This document shows positions 58,294 to 64,000 of a DNA stretch of 64,000 nt, piece after piece. The first letter of the stretch is position 1; each line of letters starts with the position of its first letter. The stretch lies in sequence record MG752970.1; one strand, written 5' to 3'. Under the pieces are notes generated by a model. It saw only the letters and a program-made list of their open reading frames with translations, was not told where the DNA came from and made no database searches. Both the position numbers and the translations under genes were made by a program.

Positions 58294-58664
58294 TAAACTT
58301 TAACAGGCGATATAAGTTGCTTTTGTGTTCTTTTGGATGTTACTCCACCATTTGGATTCTTCAGGAATTCCTTGAACACTCTATCTCTTGTTGGAATTAA
58401 GAGCTGTATTCCTTCAACAAATTCTTCTTGCACATCCAAAATATTGTTGTACTGTAAAATTACCCACATTAAATTTGGATTACCGTAAAATGCTTGAGCT
58501 AAAATCCAAGGTTGCTTTTCATCTGCCTTGGTTAGCGTATAAACTAAATCGGTTGAATCATCTTTCCAAACATTTTTTTCCCAGTATTCAATTCCATAAG
58601 TACCAACTTCAGTAACCCCACCACTAACGTAACGAGTGTACTTGCTATCTAGACTAGTGGTCAT
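58293..58664 (-). CDS. LysM-domain baseplate protein (gp53-like)
   Basis: LAQAFYGNPNLMWVILQYNNI..GIQLLIP. Confidence 0.75.
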   Translation of the reverse strand: MTTSLDSKYTRYVSGGVTEVGTYGIEYWEKNVWKDDSTDLVYTLTKADEKQPWILAQAFYGNPNLMWVILQYNNILDVQEEFVEGIQLLIPTRDRVFKEFLKNPNGGVTSKRTQKQLISPVKV

Positions 58665-58671
58665 AATTTTC

Positions 58672-59745
58672 TCACATCACTGAATTTAAGAATTTGTTAT
58701 TAGCATCTGCAAGATCAGATTCAAATGTAGATTCCGGCTTTTTAATCTCATCTCTGTTGTAACCTTCATTGCTATAAGGAGCTGGTTTTGCCGTATCTGC
58801 TGCAGCTGTGGCAGGCGTTGAAGCTGCCGTATCTGTTACTGCAGGATACGCTTGCGGATTATATGCACCGCCTAGATCACCTTTTTTGAATGATGCCAAA
58901 TCAAATGCTGATAGTTCTTCTGGAGAATATGCTTCAATCAAATTGATAGATACACCAAATATCATCGGCACCGGTTCGCCATTCGATGTTTGAATATAAT
59001 CGACATCATCTGGATAGGACCAGTTATAGTTCTGAAGAACAACTGGGATGTTGTTCAAATGTTTATTTCCATATGCGAATAGAGTTAGAACATCTGGCGG
59101 AGCTCCGAGAGCTCCTTTATCATTCGCAGCAGTTCCTCGTCCATAGTAAGGCATCACCCATGATCTAATGATGTTGATGAAGCGCAAAGTTTCATCAGCT
59201 TCTTTAATCGTACGAGAAATGAACTTACCATTCAAATCAAATGTTCTAACACCAGTCGTTTTATACACAGGGATACCACCTGGATGGTGAACGGGTGTGA
59301 TTGGATCATATGATGCGCCTCTCGATTCGTTGATGGTTGGCATAACTTTGAACACAACGAAATCATTAGAGTTTCTGCGAGACACTAATTTAACCTTGAA
59401 CTGGGCTCCATTGTTCTGTTTGATGGACATATCAGCAATGCCAGCTGTACCATCGCTTGTCTTTGAGGCTAATAGTTCCGCTATAGCATCTCCTTGATTC
59501 TCAAATCCAGGTATGCTCGCCAAACTTGGTATTGTGTTTACATCCAAATTGATTCCATAAGTGTCAGCGGCGGCTCTTACATTTGCCTCTGCATCACTCA
59601 TTCCGAGCCCTTCATACTGAGCCTTCAACAGGTCTTGCTGTGATGGCGATGAAAAATCTGACACACTAGATATGCCAGGATCGGAGAATGCGGTAGAACT
59701 AAGTCCACCAGAATCTAGTTCAGCAAATTCCGAAATATCACTCAT
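58672..59745 (-). CDS. tail tube initiator-like baseplate protein (gp48/gp54-like)
   Basis: P.INESRGASY..H..Y..PPDVL.L.AYG..NIPVV..NYNWSYPDDVDY; start refined to MSDISEF. Confidence 0.6.
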   Translation of the reverse strand: MSDISEFAELDSGGLSSTAFSDPGISSVSDFSSPSQQDLLKAQYEGLGMSDAEANVRAAADTYGINLDVNTIPSLASIPGFENQGDAIAELLASKTSDGTAGIADMSIKQNNGAQFKVKLVSRRNSNDFVVFKVMPTINESRGASYDPITPVHHPGGIPVYKTTGVRTFDLNGKFISRTIKEADETLRFINIIRSWVMPYYGRGTAANDKGALGAPPDVLTLFAYGNKHLNNIPVVLQNYNWSYPDDVDYIQTSNGEPVPMIFGVSINLIEAYSPEELSAFDLASFKKGDLGGAYNPQAYPAVTDTAASTPATAAADTAKPAPYSNEGYNRDEIKKPESTFESDLADANNKFLNSVM

Positions 59746-60349
59746 CTTCCTGCTCCTTTGTACCCATAGCTTTCTTAATTTCGTCAAACATTTTCTTAGC
59801 AAGTGGTTCGTCAAGATCAACTAATTTTTGAAACTCTGGGAACATCCCGTGTTCCACTGCAGATCTGGCAAGAGTTGCACTCACTCCGCTGTTTTCATCA
59901 TCACCTTCTCTATCTACAACCAGTGTCTTATGCTTTAATGCCTTTCCATCATTGTCTTTGAAGTACTTGTCCAGCAACTTTTCATAGTCATCGCCTCGAT
60001 CATCGCCAGTGATGATCCACATTGGTTCAAATCCTGCTTTTCTTACTTCAAAGAAAGCATCGAGGGCATTCTTACCAACCACAAATCTAACACCATTACA
60101 ATGACCACTGGACTTCATAAAATAAATACGTCTATCTGCAGTCAAGGGATTCGTCTCTTTATCTTTCGAAGTATTCGTACCTTCCACTATAGCTACCACT
60201 ATCCCGTCAAGCTTCTCGTCTTTAAAAAGACGCTTCGCTTTATCGATCAGATAGTAATGACCGAGCGTTGGCGGATTCATGCGGCCAATGACTACCACTG
60301 CTTTTTTAGATTGCATTGGTACATCAGGTTTTTCAGTATCATTCTGCAT
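59738..60349 (-). CDS. HIGH-motif nucleotidyltransferase (cytidylyltransferase-like)
   Basis: GRMNPPTLGH, NPL..R, GDDR, VSATLAR; TAAATA box 60409-60414. Confidence 0.8.
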   Translation of the reverse strand: MQNDTEKPDVPMQSKKAVVVIGRMNPPTLGHYYLIDKAKRLFKDEKLDGIVVAIVEGTNTSKDKETNPLTADRRIYFMKSSGHCNGVRFVVGKNALDAFFEVRKAGFEPMWIITGDDRGDDYEKLLDKYFKDNDGKALKHKTLVVDREGDDENSGVSATLARSAVEHGMFPEFQKLVDLDEPLAKKMFDEIKKAMGTKEQEDE

Positions 60350-60520
60350 GGTGGGATTTCAAAGCTTCACGTTTGTTGTTTCGGGTGATACAATAACATC
60401 AATAAACTTATTTATGTGGTTTATGTTTCGTGAAATTCTACGAAATTGAAGTATCAAGAAATACAAGCAGTTGATGTACATCCTTGACTACTACTATTAC
60501 ACACAAGGAGCGATTAATAG

Positions 60521-61264
60521 ATGGCTGAACAAGACAACGGTATCGATAATTCATTAGACTATGCTCAACTAGAACGTGAGCTAAATATCGAAAATGATGA
60601 TGCCGAAAAACGCGCAAAACGTAAGTACTATCTAACAAATGCAGACCTTCTTCCTGAAGTCATTAAAAGTAAAAATCTAGGGAAGATGACCGAAAGACTA
60701 GCAGCAATGCTAATGATGCTAGTTAACAAATATTCACTACGCCCCAACTTCGTAGGATACAGCTACAGAAATGACATGTGTTCGACGGCAATCGTCAACC
60801 TGGTTCAAAATGCCTTAAAGTTTGATCCAGAAAAGTCATCAAATCCATTTGCTTTCTATACTACGGCAATTCATCGTTCATTCCTACAATACATGGAATA
60901 CGAAAAGAAGCATCGCTACATACGCGATTCACTTCTAGTCGATCAGGGTTTCGATCCGTCATTCAACTTTGATGAATCATTTGGTGCTAATAAATCATCA
61001 GAACCAAAAGAATCAGAAGAAGATGCTGAACGTCGTCGTGAATTCGTAGAGAAAGAACGCGCGAAGATTTCTGAGAAATCAGCAAAGGGTCGCAAAAAGA
61101 AGGCTGAGACTTCTGATCTACTCGTTGAAGCTCAAGAAGAAGCTAAGAAGATGAGCGCCAATGACGCAGAATCATTCCTAAGCGAAATGGAACAGCTACT
61201 AGACATGCCTGAATCAAATTCAGATATCATCGAAGCTGATAGCATGGATTCTGATAAGGGCTAA
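60521..61264 (+). CDS. gp55: late transcription sigma factor (T4 gp55-like)
   Basis: YLTNADLL, NFVGYSYRNDM, FDPEKSSNPFAFYT..RSFLQY..EKK; gp55-gp47-gp46 order. Confidence 0.88.
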   Translation: MAEQDNGIDNSLDYAQLERELNIENDDAEKRAKRKYYLTNADLLPEVIKSKNLGKMTERLAAMLMMLVNKYSLRPNFVGYSYRNDMCSTAIVNLVQNALKFDPEKSSNPFAFYTTAIHRSFLQYMEYEKKHRYIRDSLLVDQGFDPSFNFDESFGANKSSEPKESEEDAERRREFVEKERAKISEKSAKGRKKKAETSDLLVEAQEEAKKMSANDAESFLSEMEQLLDMPESNSDIIEADSMDSDKG

Positions 61265-61265
61265 A

Positions 61266-62333
61266 ATGAAGTTAAAGCCATTAGATATTGATCTTCATAA
61301 GATCAAGAAGTGTGCGTACTTCACTGATATCCATTTCGGAAAGAAACAAAATGATGTTGGGCATAATCAAGACTGTCTGGATTTTATAGACTGGTTTATT
61401 GACAATGTTAAGAAAGATCCAGAGATCAACACCATAGCATTTCTTGGTGATTGGTTTGAGAACCGCAATGCCATCAATGTTCAAACATTTGACATGGCGT
61501 ATCAAGGTGCTCGCAAGCTTAACAGTCTAGGAATTCCGGTTATCTTCGTGGAAGGCAACCATGATCTCTATTTCCGATCCAATAGAGCGGTATCATCTGT
61601 CAGAAGCTACCAGGAATTCGATAACTTCGTTCTCGTAAATGAACCTAAAATCATAGATCGTACGTTGTTCTCACCGTATTTGTTTGGCGATGAATACGAA
61701 GAAATGAAGAAGACGTTGAAGACGATTGACATTGTTGCAGGTCATTTTGAATTCAAAAACTTCATCATTACTGGGTACAACACACGAATGAAGCATGGTG
61801 CTGATCATACGGAGTTCACCGGACCCAAGCATATATTCTCAGGCCACTTTCACAAGCGTCAGGCCCATGACCATGTGTGCTACATAGGATCAGCGTTCCC
61901 ATATGATTTTAGCGATGCAAATGATTTCGAACGTGGGATGATGATATGCGATCACCAAACGTTCGACGTTGATTTTAAGGACTGGGTTGAATGTCCAAAG
62001 TACGTCAAGATCAAGTACAGCAAAATTGGAAAACAATGGAACCCTGGTTCCAAAGCAACCGTCAGATGCGTTCTAGATAAGGCTTTATCATTCAGTGATA
62101 AGCAGCTCATTCGAGAGCAGATGATTGAAAAGTTTTCTCTTAGAGGTTTTTCTTTTGAAGAACAAACTACCGACAAGGAAGACGATGATAAGGATCTAGA
62201 AGGAATCAAGATTCAATCAATCGATACTATCGTTGCCGAACTTCTAAATCAAATTGAAGACACGCCATCAATAGATAAATCAACATTGATTGAAATTTTC
62301 CAAGGATTAAAAACCGATGAATCTAAAGCTTGA
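61266..62333 (+). CDS. gp47: recombination endonuclease (gp47/Mre11/SbcD)
   Basis: FTDIHFG, LGDWF, GNHD, GHF, SGHFH metallophosphoesterase motifs. Confidence 0.93.
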   Translation: MKLKPLDIDLHKIKKCAYFTDIHFGKKQNDVGHNQDCLDFIDWFIDNVKKDPEINTIAFLGDWFENRNAINVQTFDMAYQGARKLNSLGIPVIFVEGNHDLYFRSNRAVSSVRSYQEFDNFVLVNEPKIIDRTLFSPYLFGDEYEEMKKTLKTIDIVAGHFEFKNFIITGYNTRMKHGADHTEFTGPKHIFSGHFHKRQAHDHVCYIGSAFPYDFSDANDFERGMMICDHQTFDVDFKDWVECPKYVKIKYSKIGKQWNPGSKATVRCVLDKALSFSDKQLIREQMIEKFSLRGFSFEEQTTDKEDDDKDLEGIKIQSIDTIVAELLNQIEDTPSIDKSTLIEIFQGLKTDESKA

Positions 62334-64000
62334 TAAAATACGGCTTCGAAACTTTATGAGTTTCGGAAACAACACCATGGAGATAGATCTTGATCAACCA
62401 GGATCTATCCATGTTGTTGGCGTAAATCTCGACAATGCAAATCAGGCAAATGGCATTGGTAAAACAACCATGCTGAATGCTATTTCGTATGCATTCTATG
62501 ACAAGCCAATCAGCAAAATCTCTAAGGACAAACTAATCAACATTCGGAATGGTAAGTCGTCAGAAATGATGGTGCAACTTACTTTCGAAAAGGGTGGTAA
62601 GTCATATGAGATTACTAGATACCGTGGATCAAAGGTTGACGTTAAGTTCATGTGCGATGGTCAAGACCTTGCACCAAACTCTACCGATAATGTGAATCAA
62701 AAAATTCTAGATGTGATTGGGATAAGCTACGAATTATTTTCAAAGATTGTCGTCTTCTCAAAAGAGTCAGTTGACTTTTTGGATATGCCAGTAGGATCAC
62801 AGCGCGATCTCATCGAAGAACTTTTCAACATCACCATTCTGTCATCTAAAGCCGAAATACTGAAGAAACAGATCGTATCTACTCAGAAGCAAATTGACAT
62901 CCTGAACGTTGAAGTAAAAGCAATCAATGATGCCAACGCATTGCGCGAGAAACAAATAGCCGATGCGGAGAAACGAGTGCTTCAATGGGAAGACAACAAA
63001 GTATCTAAAATTTCTCAGCTAGAGAAAGATAAAAGTGCTTTCAATGGAATTGATTTTGAAGGTCAGATAGAAGCAGTAACATTGCTGACCACACTTCAAC
63101 AATTACTGAGAGATCAAACATCTGCATTGGCATCAGGACAAAGAGATTTCGAAAGACTGCAAAAGAAAGCGAACGATCTAGAATCGGAAAATCGTCATCT
63201 TATTTCCAATACATGCCCGTACTGTAATCAAACTTTCAGTTCTGCAGACAAGGATAAAAAGATCGTTGACAATCAAGCACTCATTGATCAAATTTGTCTT
63301 GAAGCTACCGATATTGCAATGAAAAATGCATCCATCAGTGGTGACATCGCAGGGATTGAAGAGCAGCTAAATGAGGTCAAAACTTTCTGTCAGTATTCAA
63401 GCGTCAAGGAAATCACGACTCTTAAGTCGCATTTTGATTCGATCGATAGTCAAATAACACAACTGAATTCTACCGACAATCCACATCTTGAGGCTTATGC
63501 GGCACTTCTCGATAGTCCAATTCAAGAAAATAAGACGGAAGATCTTGATAAGGCAGTTAAACAGTTAGAGCACATGAAGTTTCTTCTGAAGCTGCTCACA
63601 GACAAGAAGTCATTCATACGTAAAGCTATTATCAGTCGCACTCTTCCGTTCATGAACAAGCGACTTCAAGATCACGTTAAGGCACTTGAGCTACCGCATG
63701 ACGTGGCTTTCGATTCTGACATGACGTGTATCGTACATAAGAATGGTATTTCTTTGGATTATGGAAACATGTCTGCTGGAGAAAAGCAAAGAGCAAACCT
63801 AGCTCTAGCATTTACTTTCAGAGATGTACTTCAGAACCTGCATACTCCTATTAATGCCATGTTTATGGATGAGGTTGATGGTGGTTCACTCGACACCAAT
63901 GGTATGGACTGTGTTCTTAGATTGATCAAGCAGAAATCAAGAGATGATGGACTTACCATTTGGGTTATCTCTCATCGACAGGAAGTGGTTAATAGATTGG
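62317..64000 (+). CDS. gp46: recombination ATPase (gp46/Rad50/SbcC), runs off the window end
   Basis: manual translation from ATG 62317: RNFMSFG, NGIGKT Walker A, CPYC zinc hook, MSAGE signature, FMDE Walker B, VISH; no stop before 64000. Confidence 0.93.
   Translation, partial: MNLKLDKIRLRNFMSFGNNTMEIDLDQPGSIHVVGVNLDNANQANGIGKTTMLNAISYAFYDKPISKISKDKLINIRNGKSSEMMVQLTFEKGGKSYEITRYRGSKVDVKFMCDGQDLAPNSTDNVNQKILDVIGISYELFSKIVVFSKESVDFLDMPVGSQRDLIEELFNITILSSKAEILKKQIVSTQKQIDILNVEVKAINDANALREKQIADAEKRVLQWEDNKVSKISQLEKDKSAFNGIDFEGQIEAVTLLTTLQQLLRDQTSALASGQRDFERLQKKANDLESENRHLISNTCPYCNQTFSSADKDKKIVDNQALIDQICLEATDIAMKNASISGDIAGIEEQLNEVKTFCQYSSVKEITTLKSHFDSIDSQITQLNSTDNPHLEAYAALLDSPIQENKTEDLDKAVKQLEHMKFLLKLLTDKKSFIRKAIISRTLPFMNKRLQDHVKALELPHDVAFDSDMTCIVHKNGISLDYGNMSAGEKQRANLALAFTFRDVLQNLHTPINAMFMDEVDGGSLDTNGMDCVLRLIKQKSRDDGLTIWVISHRQEVVNRL

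Noticed and set aside
40174-58664. Bacterial T6SS / eCIS / tailocin interpretation of the contractile genes
   Set aside because: Adjacent gp55, gp47 and gp46 homologs, phage-style promoters and dense small ORFs indicate a lytic phage genome.

Overview
A 64-kb segment of a large (jumbo-type) T4-related myophage genome; no tRNA, rRNA, CRISPR array or integrase/transposase was seen. Left part (2.6-28.7 kb): an array of 35 paralogous ~185-255 aa ORFs sharing a C-terminal (D/S)xF(E/D)LQxxLxxNG(F/Y)Exx motif. 31 of the 35 start M-(K/R)-(L/M)-x-(E/D)-(I/V), and the cores between these ends are highly divergent and partly LRR-like. The genes are chained by 4-nt ATGA overlaps into sub-operons; eight of the nine sub-operons have a TAAATA (T4 late-promoter-like) box. 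They are interleaved with islands of small genes behind sigma70-type promoters, and one sub-operon ends in a probable ADP-ribosyltransferase. Middle (29.9-40.1 kb): a sugar-modification block (SAM methyltransferase-like, four glycosyltransferase-like proteins, radical SAM enzyme, NDP-sugar epimerase) mixed with tail genes. Right (36-60 kb, minus strand): contractile-tail module (tube, sheath, 2540-aa structural protein, baseplate wedge, gp25-, gp5-, hub-, LysM/gp53- and gp48-like proteins). It is followed on the plus strand by gp55 late sigma factor, gp47 (Mre11/SbcD) and gp46 (Rad50/SbcC, truncated by the window end). Best candidate novel system: a late-expressed, probably capsid-packaged library of 35 hypervariable proteins built on constant N- and C-terminal tags. 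All calls come from reading motifs by eye; no database search was run.
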